A DNA stretch of 60,657 bases, filler included, from Nemertoderma westbladi (taxonomy: Eukaryota > Animalia > Xenacoelomorpha), in the NCBI GenBank assembly GCA_032718475.1. It is 3 parts of 3 records of this genome, joined end to end, with 100 filler letters (N's around TTAATTAATTAA, not from the genome) between each part and the next. Parts side by side here need not be neighbours in the genome. Positions count along the whole stretch, not along the records: positions 23,930 to 47,875 come from JAUCBJ010004117.1; positions 47,976 to 60,657 come from JAUCBJ010008578.1; 1 more part is not named here. One strand, given 5' to 3'. Position numbers and translations under genes: made by a program. The notes below the pieces were generated by a model. It saw only the letters and a program-made list of their open reading frames with translations, did no database searches and was not told the origin of the DNA. Positions 37,086 through 48,417 of the stretch are shown here, in pieces; within the stretch, counting starts at the first letter, position 1; the number at the start of each line of letters is the position of its first letter.

Positions 37086-38177
37086 GAAATCAGGCAATTT
37101 CTGACGGTGGGACATTCTTCTACGTCTGCTTAGACGAGATCTATTTCCTCCGCCTTCAGGATCGGTGGTATCGCCTTCCTCAGATGATGTATATCCCTGT
37201 CTTTTGGGAGTTGATCGACTCATCGTCTGCATTTGACTAGCTGTTAACTGTTTATTTATGCAGTCTTGATTCTCCTGAATGTTTTCCAATTCTAGTTGGG
37301 TGGTTTCTTCAGACGCTCTCCGTTCTGCTTCTGCCACTGCCTCTGCCGCTGCCACTGCTGCCTTTCTTTCCGCTTCGGCCGCTGCCACTGCCGCCTTTCT
37401 TTCCACTTCGGCCGCTGCCGCTTTTCTTTCCGCTTCTGCCTCTGCCACTGCCGCTGCCGCTGCCGCTTTTCTTTCCGCTTCTGCCGCTGCCGCTTTTCTT
37501 TCCGCTTCTGCCTCTGCTGCTGCCGCTTTTCTTTCCGCTTCTGCCGCTGCCACTGCTGCTGCTACTGCCGCTGTCTTTCTGTCTTCTATACGTTTTTTCT
37601 TTACTTGTTCTTCTTGGACCCTAGTGATGCGGAGGCGTTCATCAAATTTAGCTTGGTTCGCAGCTCTCATATCCGCATCGATTGCGTCCAACACAAGCTT
37701 GGCTCCTTCACTATTAGGGCTAAGTCCATCCAGCCGTCTCCTCAACTCTTCGTCACCTACAAAGCGTTGATAGTCTGACAGATAGATGTCAATAGCATCC
37801 CTCTTATGCGGTTTCTCTGCTGTCGCTTCACTTTCCACTTGGGAAAAGGTAGCGTCTGTTGATTCTCCAAGGGTTGAGCGCTCATCTAACTGAGATTTCC
37901 ATGGGGCAGTTCTTTGAACTTGGAGACTCACCCGCTGTAACCAAGTCTTTACGGCAACTTGCAACGACGTGTCTTGTCTTCTTTTCGAAGCCTCCTCAAA
38001 GGCCGATAGGATTAGTCTGATTCTTAGAATTATTTCTCGAACTTGATAAAGCAGCTCTCCCTGCTCTTGAGGTCCTTGTGGTTGTCTAAACAATTGTTCC
38101 TCTAATCGCTCCATGGAGCTGAAGAATCCCTGTACGTATCCGGCTGCTGACCTCTTCCAACATTAATAAACCACAGT

Positions 38178-40061
38178 ATGTACAAAACGTATAGAAATCA
38201 GCTCACATCCACTCTAAGGACAGCCGAGCGAGAATTTTATACATCACAATTTTTAAAAAATAAATTTAACATGCGGAAAACATGGCGAACAATAAACGGT
38301 GCCTTGGGCCGTCAATCAAAAAATTGCATCCCGCGTAAACTTTCAGTGTCCATTAATAATAATAATTCAATAATTACAGACCCTACTACTATGGCGGAAT
38401 CTTTTAATTCATTTTTTACATCTATAGGTCCCGCGCTCTCTAGTGCAATCCCTTCCTCGCCTCGCTGTCCCTCACGTCATATTAAGCACAACAAATCAAA
38501 TTCGTTTGCACTTATTAAAACTACACCAGTTGAAGTACAATATTATTTATTAGAATTAAATGATGCCTCAGCCTCAAATGACAAATGTCCAACCAAATTA
38601 ATAAAAACTGCTGCCCATATATTGTGTAATCATATTTCCGAATTAATAAATTTGAGTATCAAACACGGTTTTTTTCCAAATTCTCTCAAAGAAGCAAAAG
38701 TAACCCCCGTTTATAAAGCTGGTGACCCATGTCTCACAACCAACTATCGCCCTATTTCATTGTTACCGGTATTAAGCAAAGTGTTTGAACGCATTATATA
38801 TGTACAGCTGTCATCTTATTTGGACAAATATTTAATAATAAACAGTTGCCAGTACGGCTTTAGGAAAAAATATACCACTTCATTTGCAATTCTTGATATT
38901 GTCGAAAAATTGCGCGATTTTCTAGATAATAAAATGTCAACTTGCACAATTTTTATAGATCTTAAAAAAGCGTTTGATACGCTGGATCATAGCATTCTCG
39001 TCAAAAAACTCAGCAGTTACGGAATCAGGGGTATGCCATTGCAACTATTTTCTGATTATCTTGCCAATCGCACACAGTTTGTTACCATAGACAGATGTAA
39101 CTCGACGCCCCTACCGGTAATCTGTGGCATTCCCCAAGGCTCCATCCTCGGACCTATCTTATTTCTTATATATATAAACGATCTTCCAAATGCCTCACAT
39201 TTTATGACAACACTATTTGCTGATGACACTAGTTTAATAAAATCTCTAAATAATTTACCATCATTAATTAACTCCGTAAATCATGATATAACCGATATTG
39301 TTGACTGGCTGGAGGATAATAAGCTCTCATTGAACCTTAAAAAAACCGAGTACACCCTGTTTACAAACTCATCGCTCTGTCAAGATACACTACCTAAGGT
39401 AAAAATGAAAGATTCTGTAATTTCCGAGGTCGCATATACTAAGTACTTGGGTGTTCTGATTGACAGTAAACTAAATTTTAAAGAACACATATCTTTCATA
39501 TTAAAAAAGATTTCCAAATCTGCAGGTATATTTTATAGGCTTCGTCACATTTTTCCACTTTATATTCTCCGTACCCTATTTTTCGCTCTTATTTATCCCT
39601 ATATACAATACGCCATTGTCGTGTGGGGAAGTACATTTCCGTCGATTTTAAAACCACTTAGAATCAAAATTAACAAAGCACTTCGAGTAATCACCTTCAG
39701 CCATTGGCAATCATCTTCACTCCCTATCTATCAACAACTTAATATACTCCCTTTAGATCAATTATATAAATATCAAGTCTATAATATTATGTTTGATGTA
39801 CATAACAACATCCCAACTCCCCTTGAGCCTCTATTTCATAGAGCGTCTTCAATCCATTCATACAATACTCGCTTTTCGGCATCTGGCTTATTTCATCCTC
39901 CTCACATTAGGCTACGTGTTGCAGAACAATCTCTTTCATTCCAAGGACCCCGCCTGTGGAATGCTCTGGCCAATTCATATAGGGAAATTAAAAGTAAACA
40001 TATTTTTTTAAAAGTGATAAAGAAAGATCTCTTATTTAATCCTGGTCAGTTTCCAGACTAA
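38178..40061 (+). CDS. LINE ORF2 reverse transcriptase (endonuclease lost by 5' truncation)
   Basis: NYRPISLL, QYGFR, FIDLKKAFD, GIPQGSILGP, LFADDT and KYLGV motifs; no stops over 627 aa. Confidence 0.95.
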   Translation: MYKTYRNQLTSTLRTAEREFYTSQFLKNKFNMRKTWRTINGALGRQSKNCIPRKLSVSINNNNSIITDPTTMAESFNSFFTSIGPALSSAIPSSPRCPSRHIKHNKSNSFALIKTTPVEVQYYLLELNDASASNDKCPTKLIKTAAHILCNHISELINLSIKHGFFPNSLKEAKVTPVYKAGDPCLTTNYRPISLLPVLSKVFERIIYVQLSSYLDKYLIINSCQYGFRKKYTTSFAILDIVEKLRDFLDNKMSTCTIFIDLKKAFDTLDHSILVKKLSSYGIRGMPLQLFSDYLANRTQFVTIDRCNSTPLPVICGIPQGSILGPILFLIYINDLPNASHFMTTLFADDTSLIKSLNNLPSLINSVNHDITDIVDWLEDNKLSLNLKKTEYTLFTNSSLCQDTLPKVKMKDSVISEVAYTKYLGVLIDSKLNFKEHISFILKKISKSAGIFYRLRHIFPLYILRTLFFALIYPYIQYAIVVWGSTFPSILKPLRIKINKALRVITFSHWQSSSLPIYQQLNILPLDQLYKYQVYNIMFDVHNNIPTPLEPLFHRASSIHSYNTRFSASGLFHPPHIRLRVAEQSLSFQGPRLWNALANSYREIKSKHIFLKVIKKDLLFNPGQFPD

Positions 40062-40089
40062 CAATATCAATCAGGGCTATTGGCTGTCC

Positions 40090-40105
40090 GCCCGGGCGCG
40101 GGCCA

Positions 40106-40144
<39 letters not shown>

Positions 40145-41045
40145 TTTTTTTTTTTCTTTCCTTGGGGCTACATGAATAATACCCGGGCGCGGGGCCACAT
40201 TTTGTCCTCTCTTTGGGGTTACATGAATAATACCCGGGCGCGGGGCCACGTTTTCCTCTGTTTGAGGTTACATGAACAATACCCGGGCGCGGGGCCACGT
40301 TTTCCTCTCTTTGAGGTTACATGAACAATACCCGGGCACGGGGCCATGTTTTCCTCTCTTTGAGGTTACATGTATAATACCCGGGCGCGGGGCCACGTTT
40401 TCCTCTCTTTGAGGTTACTTGAACAATACCCGGGCGCGGGGCCACGTTTTCCTCTCTTTGAGGTTACATGAACAATACCCGGGCACGGGGCCATGTTTTC
40501 CTCTCTTTGAGGTTACATGTATAATAGCCGGGCGCGGGGCCACGTTTTCCTCTCTTTGCAGTTACATGTATAATACCCGGGCGCGGGGCCACGTTTTCCT
40601 CTCTTTGAGGTTACATGAACAATACCCGGGCGCGGGGCCACGTTTTCCTCTCTTTGCAGTTACATGTATAATACCCGGGCGCGGGGCCACGTTTTCCTCT
40701 CTTTGAGGTTACAAGAATATTACCCGGGCGCGGGGCCACGTTTTCCTCTCTTTGAGGTTACATGAACAATACCCGGGCACGGGGCCATGTTTTCCTCTCT
40801 TTGAGGTTACATGTATATTACCCGGGCGCGGGGCCACGTTTTCCTCTCTTTGAGGTTACATGAACATTACCCGGGCGCGGGGCCACGTTTTCCTCTCTTT
40901 GAGGTTACAAGAATATTACCCGGGCGCGGGGCCACGTTTTCTTTTTTTCTCTCTTTGAGGTTACATGTATAATACCCGGGCGCGGGGCCACGTTTTCCTC
41001 TCTTTGAGGTTACATGAACAATACCCAGGCACAGGGCCATGTTTT
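40090..41045. repeat. 49-bp minisatellite in the LINE 3' UTR (~18 copies)
   Basis: Unit ATACCCGGGCGCGGGGCCACGTTTTCCTCTCTTTGAGGTTACATGAACA; period 49 checked at 40279/40328. Confidence 0.95.
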
Positions 41046-43623
41046 AAACTTTAACCCTTTAATTTAATTATATTACAAATTCGTCTACTAAAATATTTGC
41101 TGTTTAAATCTCCATCTATTAAAATAACTCGTTGTCATTCGCCAAATTAAATTTATGTATTACTAAATACAATTATATATACTGTATAGACCTACAGTAT
41201 AAACAAAAAATGTTAAAAAATCGCAGTCTGCCCCTACTAATTACCATAAATCTATCGCTAAATTAGCACTCCTAATACATAGTCCCTATCCTTCCTATTC
41301 TTATCTATCTACTTTCTACTCTACCTTACCTACATTATCTATCTACTTTCTACTCTACCTTACCTACATTATCTATCTATCTATATGTCATCTTCTTCTT
41401 CACCTCTCTATTCTGCATCTGCAACACCCTACAGTATAATATTACTTCAAACCACTACTTACTACATCCATTCTATCAAATGTTACATATATTTACATTT
41501 TATATAATCCCATCCTACTGGTGGGCAGCCGTTTACTAGCCCTGCTATTTGGCTGTTCTCCAGTACCCATTTATATAGAACTTACCATATATAGTATGTA
41601 TTCATGTTAATTTCTATTTTATACTGAGTTATTGTTATTTTGAATTATTATTTGAAGGGTAAAAATAAACATTGAAACATTGAAACAATTGAAACAGCTG
41701 GATCGCTGGTTTCCTTTGTCACTCCCATCCTGTGTATGTCTTCCCAGGTAGCTTCCGATAAGTCAAACGGGAGTCCGGGTCCGGGGAAGTTCCATTGCGA
41801 CGCGACAATAGACTTCAGTTCTTCCCTTGTATATCCCGCATAACTATCCTTGGTCGATCGCTTACTTCTCGCCCAATCAATCTGGTGTTCCTCCACCGCA
41901 ATCAATACCCTAGTGAGTACGGCTGCAGGAAGGATGAGAAGGGGATCCGAATAAACCGCATCTGTCATCTTTGCTCCGTGCTCGGGTGTCAGCTCTACAG
42001 TATCCTCACTACTGGAGCTGTCGGGCCGCTGAGAAATAAGTTCTCGGCTCGAGTGTTGCTGCTGTTCCGCTGCTTCTTTGTCCCGCTTGACCTGAGCTCG
42101 AGTGCCTATGATAGACCTACGGTGTTGGACTAGCCTAGGGTCTGATACTACTACTGGAGGGATGATCTTTCTTACAGTAGGAGGTGAGTTGAACTTCGGT
42201 CTCACACGTTCCACACTCCTGTCTGGGTCACAGATGGTTGTATCTAGGAGACTGTCTGACAGGTTTTGCTTTGTGTCAGACATGGTTGTTTGTACAGTTG
42301 AATGCCTACTGCTATATTACAGTTAAAGCAAGTCTAGTAATTCAGTATCAACTGTTAGCCTAGTAATTAATTACCGATACTGTTACTCAGTATAACGTGA
42401 TATATATATAATATATTAGAATACCGGTATGCTTATAGTATATATAAGTATTATTACAGACTAGATTTGTCACAGAATACTGGCATATAATTTCAGCACA
42501 AATATATATAAATATATAATAGGCCTATCAAGAATACCGGTATACAGCTTACACTTATAATGTATATATATAAGTATAATTACAGACTAGAATTAATCAC
42601 AGAATACCGGTATATAATTTAGCCTAAATTTATAGAAATAAATATAATAAGCCTATTGTAAATACCGGTATGTCAATTATTTTAAATAATTGAATTTCTG
42701 AATTTTAGGGGGTTACTTAGTTACTTTACTTTACTTTATTACCGTTATTTAAGCAGTAGTCCAACTGATATTTAGACCTAATTATTGTAAGACAGGCCTA
42801 CTATTTTATAAATCGGTTTGAGTTGATTTATAATATATATACCCGTATAATGGGTTTTGTCAATATTTGAAATAAATGTTATTATTTCTGGGAAGGAGTC
42901 ACTACACAGAAGCTGTACGCTCTCAGTGAAGTGCTACTTGTTGGACACTAAAACAAATAATTCTAATTTACCTAAGTTACTTAATACTACAAATTACGTA
43001 CAATTCGGGGTGAGATTACAATCTCTAAATAAACACAAAAATTACAAGTACGAATTTTTAGGGTAATTTTACAAGAAGTCTACAAACCAGCCTAACAAAG
43101 GGTTAGATTATCTGGTTATTACAATGGACAGAGTACTACGGTATTTGAAAATAACTAAGCAGTAGTAAATATACTGCGTTGTCCAGATAGGAAAAATACC
43201 ACCGTCTGACGACTTATAGCCATATCGCTATAAGTACTACATTATGTATCACGGAGTGTTCCTACCTAGAAGTTAATTACCGCGGTCTACCAGAACCAAC
43301 GTGCCTATTAACCACTTTACAACACAAATATACTGCCTACACACTAATTACCTTCGGAAAGCACTGTACACTAAACCCTAAATTAGGTACAAGTACTTAT
43401 ACAACAAATAATCAGTAGTTAAAAATACTTGAACAGCTAAAAGAACCACGGTATCTGCTGGAGTGACCGGGGCACAAAATCACCAGTCTTTACCTACGCC
43501 AAGCAGCCCTGATGTAGTACCGGGGTTAATTTAACTATAACGGTATATATAACAAGCACAATTACTGTAGGAATAAACTTGGGGATATGAATGTTGCGAA
43601 TAATCGCATAAACTCTGAATAAT

Positions 43624-44196
43624 AAATATTACGCTACGCGTACAGACTACTCAAACAAAATGCAGACCCAATACTGACAGACTACTATCAAGCCCAAACA
43701 AACTACGGTATATGCAGACTCCGAAATGGTTAGTTAGTATGCGTTCTAACCGAGTAGGACGACTTATTCTTTCGAGGGGGTTTACCTCACAGCACTGGAA
43801 GCCCCTACGTTCCCAACTGGCACTTTATCGGACATACACTCTACACACACCGCAATCTCTTCAGACCCAACAACAGCCAGACAACAATCCAGCCTACAAA
43901 TTATCTAAATAAGAAATATTACGCTACCCGTACAGACTACACAAATAAAGTACAAACCAAACGCTGGCAGACTACTATCAAGCCTAAATAAACTACAGTA
44001 TATGCAGACTCCGAAATGGTTAGTTAGTATGTGTTCTAACCGAGTAGTACAACTTATTCTTTCGAGGGGGTTTACCTCACAGCACTGGAAGCCCCTACTT
44101 TCCTAACTAGTACTTTTTCGGACATACGCTCTACACACACTACAGTCCCCTCAGACTTAACAACAGTCAGACAACAGTCCAGCCTACAAATTATCT
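43624..44196. repeat. ~290-bp tandem duplication in the BEL 5' leader
   Basis: AAATATTACGCTAC…CAGCCTACAAATTATCT occurs twice (starts 43624 and 43914), with some divergence. Confidence 0.85.
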
Positions 44197-44477
44197 GTAC
44201 AATCTGAGCAGGCTTACACGCCTTCTGCTCAATATTGACCTACAAATAAATAAAACCTGACAGAAATAAGTAAAATCTCAATAAAAAACCAGGGCGGGCC
44301 CTCCCTGATTTAATATTAAGGCCTACCGGTACATAATTATCAAATTCGAATAATACTGCTGTACCTGTACTGCTGTAGGTACCGGTCTGGGTGGTTAGGT
44401 AGTCAGGCCTACTAGGTACCGGTTGTCCGGTACTTCAGCGTTATTGCCTACTGCAATACAGAAGCTATATCTGTTAT

Positions 44478-45670
44478 TGTTCGCGCTTTCAGACCTTTAG
44501 CAGTTTAACCTGCCAAATTGGGATGTCTTCTAGATAATAAATTGACTTTAGCCTATGACGAGTATTTGATACACTACATTAGCCGAAGCCAGTCTATGCG
44601 CGACCATTCACCCGCTGGATATACCCGGGAGACTGGATTCGGAAGCTTAACCTTATTGCGGTGTAGGCCTACTGTATTATTCGACTGATCGTAATATATA
44701 ATCTCTGACAAATATTATTCACTTTCGGGAAATATTAACAGTTCCTTTAGGACGTGACGCTCTAAATATGTAAACAGAGTTATGACTTAAACTAGACACA
44801 ACGGGATGGCTATGGATTCACGTATATAGCGCATTCTTTAGGAGATGCTTTGTTATCAGTCACAATCATACACAATGCTGCACACCGATCTGCCGACCTT
44901 CACTAATTTTAGTCACATATAAAGAGAACAACAACCAATACATGTAGTGCCTATGAAATAGCATTAGATTCACTTCAAAACCACTTTAATGTAAGTCGCA
45001 ATCGTTATATGTAACCGGTCTCTCTTACCTTCAGTATATCAAGAAGATTGAGGGTTTTGTAATTATTTATCGATATTCCAAATATAATAATATTCCATCA
45101 ACTGATATAATGAATAACCGACAGTAAATAGCAGTACAAATGTTAAGTTATGAATGGTTATGATATGTTATGTTATGATTAGTTAAGTTTGTGGTTTGAT
45201 AACAGATATACGTTCTATAATTAAGCCTACTAATGTTGGGCTAAAGACTGAAAACACAGAGGTTCCAAAGCCGGTCTTCTGGCTGTGGACAAAATACACA
45301 TACTGACTCAATTCATGAGTTTCTGTATACAACCTCCAACACAGAGTCAAAAAACGCTCTGATTGGTCGACCGAACAAAGAAACGACAGAGAACAAAGGA
45401 AAAGCTCCACGTGTACAGATCAGCTGTTAGCAGTCGTCATAGTAACTACACTGTGTCAAGAGGATTTTGGCTATTGCGACATAAGATCGCTAGTTATGTC
45501 CGCTAAAGTACACAGTTAGTTATGTCCGCTAAAGTACACATATAGAAGAAATGGATTTTATGTCCACTAAAACACCGGTACAGTAAGGAAACGGCTTTTT
45601 ATGTCCGTTAAAACACCTACAGAGTACTTTGCGGGGAAAATAACTAGTTAGATCCGCAAAAGCCTTTACA
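44478..45670 (-). repeat. 5' LTR (1193 bp)
   Basis: Direct repeat of 29427-30629 with TG…CA ends. Confidence 0.95.
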
Positions 45671-45697
45671 CAAAGTTATTTACAAAATACTGTAAAA

Positions 45698-47782
45698 ATG
45701 TTACTCGTAAGTCTTAAACTATTTTCTCTGCTGTCTGCTCTGTTCCTTTCGCCCGTAAATCCAACAGAAGTCTGCGACAAAGAAGGGAAGTTGTACCTCA
45801 TCAAGTGTGGGTTGGATGTTCCCTCATGTGACGATGGAAACAATGGAACTGAATCCGGTTGTCTTCTAGATCAGGTTAGTTTATTTAATGCTGCTCACGT
45901 GATAAAGTAACGATGTTAGATTCATTCTTTAAAGCAGAAAAAGTTTTCTCACAGAATTATTCCACTAACATAAATTGTATATAAAGGGTTAGCATCCTAG
46001 AGAGAGTAACAACGCTGACATGACTGTAGCCAACAGCCAGTTCCTTACAAACTGTCTGTTAGTTATTCAGTTCACATTTATTTTGGTTTTTGTCGAGTAT
46101 TGCAGACTGGTTTGCTATGTGTCGGGATATCCATATTGGTTGTCCAGTTGTTGTCCTTGTTGGTTGTCCAGTTGTCCGTGTAGGTTATCCCCGTCTCCAC
46201 CATTGGGTGTCCCCTTCTCCACAACAGGCCTCCCCATGTCGCGTTGGATAATCCGTATGTCCACGTCTGTTTCCCTGGCCACGTATTATTCCCATGTCCA
46301 CATTTTGCTGTCCCCTATCACCACACCAGTTGTCTTCAGTGTAAACCAGTTGTATCCAGTTCATATCGGTTATACCACAGCTATCAGTTTTCTTGTAATA
46401 TTGTAATGTGGTGGATTTTTAAATATGTTCTGGCAGGCCCACTTTTTGGAATAGCATGTAAAATAATATTAGCGATGATAACACTTAATAACTTAACCAG
46501 TATTATTTTATTTAGTATATAAATGTATTATTATTTCATCAATAACTCTGCCGTGCAATGTGAAAAGACCGCAAGTCACAAAAACTCATTTCGAATAAAA
46601 CGCAAATTAGTGTTTACCTTCAGATTGTTTGTTTAAAATGTCCGTAAATTACTAATTTTTTATAACTCTACGCAATTGGGGGTGGGAAATTTTTATACGT
46701 CATTATTTTTCACTTTCCATTAATATTTTGACGTTATTTTTTGTACTTACGGTATTTTTGCATTGTACAACCTATATGTAAATACATATTTCAAGACACA
46801 TATTTCAATAAAACCGTATGCGCGTTTTCTTATTATCTATGTAATGAAAAAACACCGCAAGTCTTGTGACTTACGGTTTTTTTTTGCATAAATTTAAGTT
46901 AAGCTGCGGTCTTTTGTATTGCTCTAGCGTCTTTTTCCTTGGTAACACTATACATGTTTAAACACTATACACTATACTAAATTTAATTTTATGCGATTTC
47001 ATAGATATTGCCGTACTGTAAGTGTGACAAGTTGAGTTGAATTCATAAAAATTTATAAAAATATTTCCTAACAGGTTACAGAATTGGAAGAACAGAATAT
47101 TACAGAGTTGAAAGAAGATATTACACAGTTGAGTTCCCAAGTAAAAGAACTAAAGAACATTGGTAGTTTCTTTAGCCAATTCTTGTTTGGACAGGAGATA
47201 AATATCCAACAAACAGTTGGTGGTTGGGAGATAAAGATTCAACAAAGAGTTGATGGATCTGTTGACTTCTATCGAAACTGGGATGAATATGTTGAAGGAT
47301 TTGGTGACCCGAATACCAATTTTTGGATGGGGTTGGAGACGATCCACAAGCTGAGTAAAGGCGGAGTGAAGTTGAGGGTCGATTTGTGGTTCACTGGAAA
47401 GGGGTGGGCTTATCCCAATATTTGGAGCTTCAATGAAGAACAGAAGGAATACAACAACGAACACAAATACGCGGAATACATCAACTTCTCTATCGGATCA
47501 GCTGCAACTGATTATCGCCTACATGTATCCGGTTACCATGGTACTGCTGGTGACGCATTGGAGTTTCACAACGGTTTCCCATTCAGCACCAAAGACCGCG
47601 ATAATGACGGGAGGGACTGGGCCAACTGCGCCGTGGAACGTACTGCAGCGTGGTGGTACAAGTACTGCGGGTACAGTAACTTGAACGGAGTATATGGTGC
47701 GGAGGATAGGAAAGGACCTATTTGGTGGCATTTTACTCACCACAATCCGGCTTCTCGAGTTGAAATGAAGATTTTGATTTAG
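45698..47782 (+). CDS. Secreted fibrinogen-related protein (FReP), 2 exons (45698-45874, 47075-47782), 294 aa
   Basis: Exon 1 encodes a signal peptide plus four Cys and ends CAG|GTTAGT; acceptor TAACAG| is phase 0 and in frame. It is followed by a short coiled coil and FBG motifs GGW..IQQRVDGSVDFYRNWDEY.EGFG, FWMGLE.IH, HNG..FSTKDRDND, NCA, WWY..C..SNLNGVY. Confidence 0.9.
46552..46925. mobile_element. Possible small MITE in the FReP intron
   Basis: GCAATGTGAAAAGACCGCA versus TGCGGTCTTTTGTATTGC, plus internal CCGCAAGTC/GACTTACGG motifs; no clear TSD. Confidence 0.4.
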
Positions 47783-47875
47783 TAAAACTGTAAGTTTTAT
47801 GTAAAATTACTAAATAATTCCAATAGAGTTGCGTTGGTAACTAACTTTTACATTTAATTATAAATAATATATAAA

Positions 47876-47975
47876 NNNNNNNNNNNNNNNNNNNNNNNNN
47901 NNNNNNNNNNNNNNNNNNNTTAATTAATTAANNNNNNNNNNNNNNNNNNNNNNNNNNNNNNNNNNNNNNNNNNNN
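47876..47975. other. Artificial contig linker (N44-TTAATTAATTAA-N44)
   Basis: Identical in design to 23830-23929. Confidence 0.98.
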
Positions 47976-48417
47976 TGTTCGCAGTGTTAACGTGGCAACA
48001 TTTTTTTACAGCAACTTCGCAACTTTGTGTTTACACGGAGCAACTTCATCGACAACCTGAGTTGGCCTATGTGAAAAATACCAGACTTTCTACGGTTATA
48101 TTTCACTTTGCAGTTGCCCCCATGTGAAGAATACCAGGTTTTCACCAAAAACACAGTTTACAGAAGCGCTGAATCTAACCAAAACAATAAACGAATTAGT
48201 AGCCTATATGTATTGTACAGGTTATAAGACAGAAATAAGTGCTATAAAACACTTAATAAAGACAAATTTAAAAGGATAAAAAATCTTCATATTATATAAA
48301 ATTCCAATTAAAAGTCGACCGAAAAGTGAAATCCTGGTATTCTTCACATGGGCGCCTGAGTTGCTCACCAAGTTGCCGAGAAAGTTGCTCAAAATGTTCC
48401 CACGTGTAAACTGGCCT
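47976..48417. mobile_element. Harbinger-like MITE remnant truncated by the linker
   Basis: GCAACTT motifs on the left are mirrored by AAGTTGC on the right; inverted pair CATGTGAAGAATACCAGG / CCTGGTATTCTTCACATG; right end …CGTGTAAACTGGCC. Confidence 0.45.

Larger units (their letters stand above)
38150..41696 (+). mobile_element. 5'-truncated CR1/L2-group LINE (Crack/Daphne-like) nested antisense in the BEL gag
   Basis: GCTG duplicated at 38146-38149 and 41697-41700; uninterrupted RT ORF; 1.6-kb 3' UTR ending in AATAAA followed by a (CATTGAAA)-type tandem tail. Confidence 0.9.
37071..42283 (-). pseudogene. N-terminal Gag extension of the BEL element (553 aa reconstructed), split by the LINE
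   Basis: Removing 38150-41696 and one GCTG copy joins ORF 42283-41697 in frame with 38145-37071 (…KETSDP-AAGYVQGFFSSMERLEE…), 1662 nt in total. Contains an Ala/Glu/Arg/Lys repeat. Confidence 0.8.
29427..45670 (-). mobile_element. Non-autonomous BEL/Pao LTR retrotransposon, 16.2 kb including a nested LINE
   Basis: Two TG…CA LTRs; 5-bp TSD CAAAG (29422-29426, 45671-45675); purine tract GGGAGCGG on the - strand next to the left LTR; BEL-type gag and protease; no RT, RNase H or integrase motifs seen. Confidence 0.93.

Noticed and set aside
37279-37778. Antisense Ala/Ser-rich and Cys/Arg/Phe-rich ORFs
   Set aside because: Shadow frames of the AAAEAERK repeat on the opposite strand.
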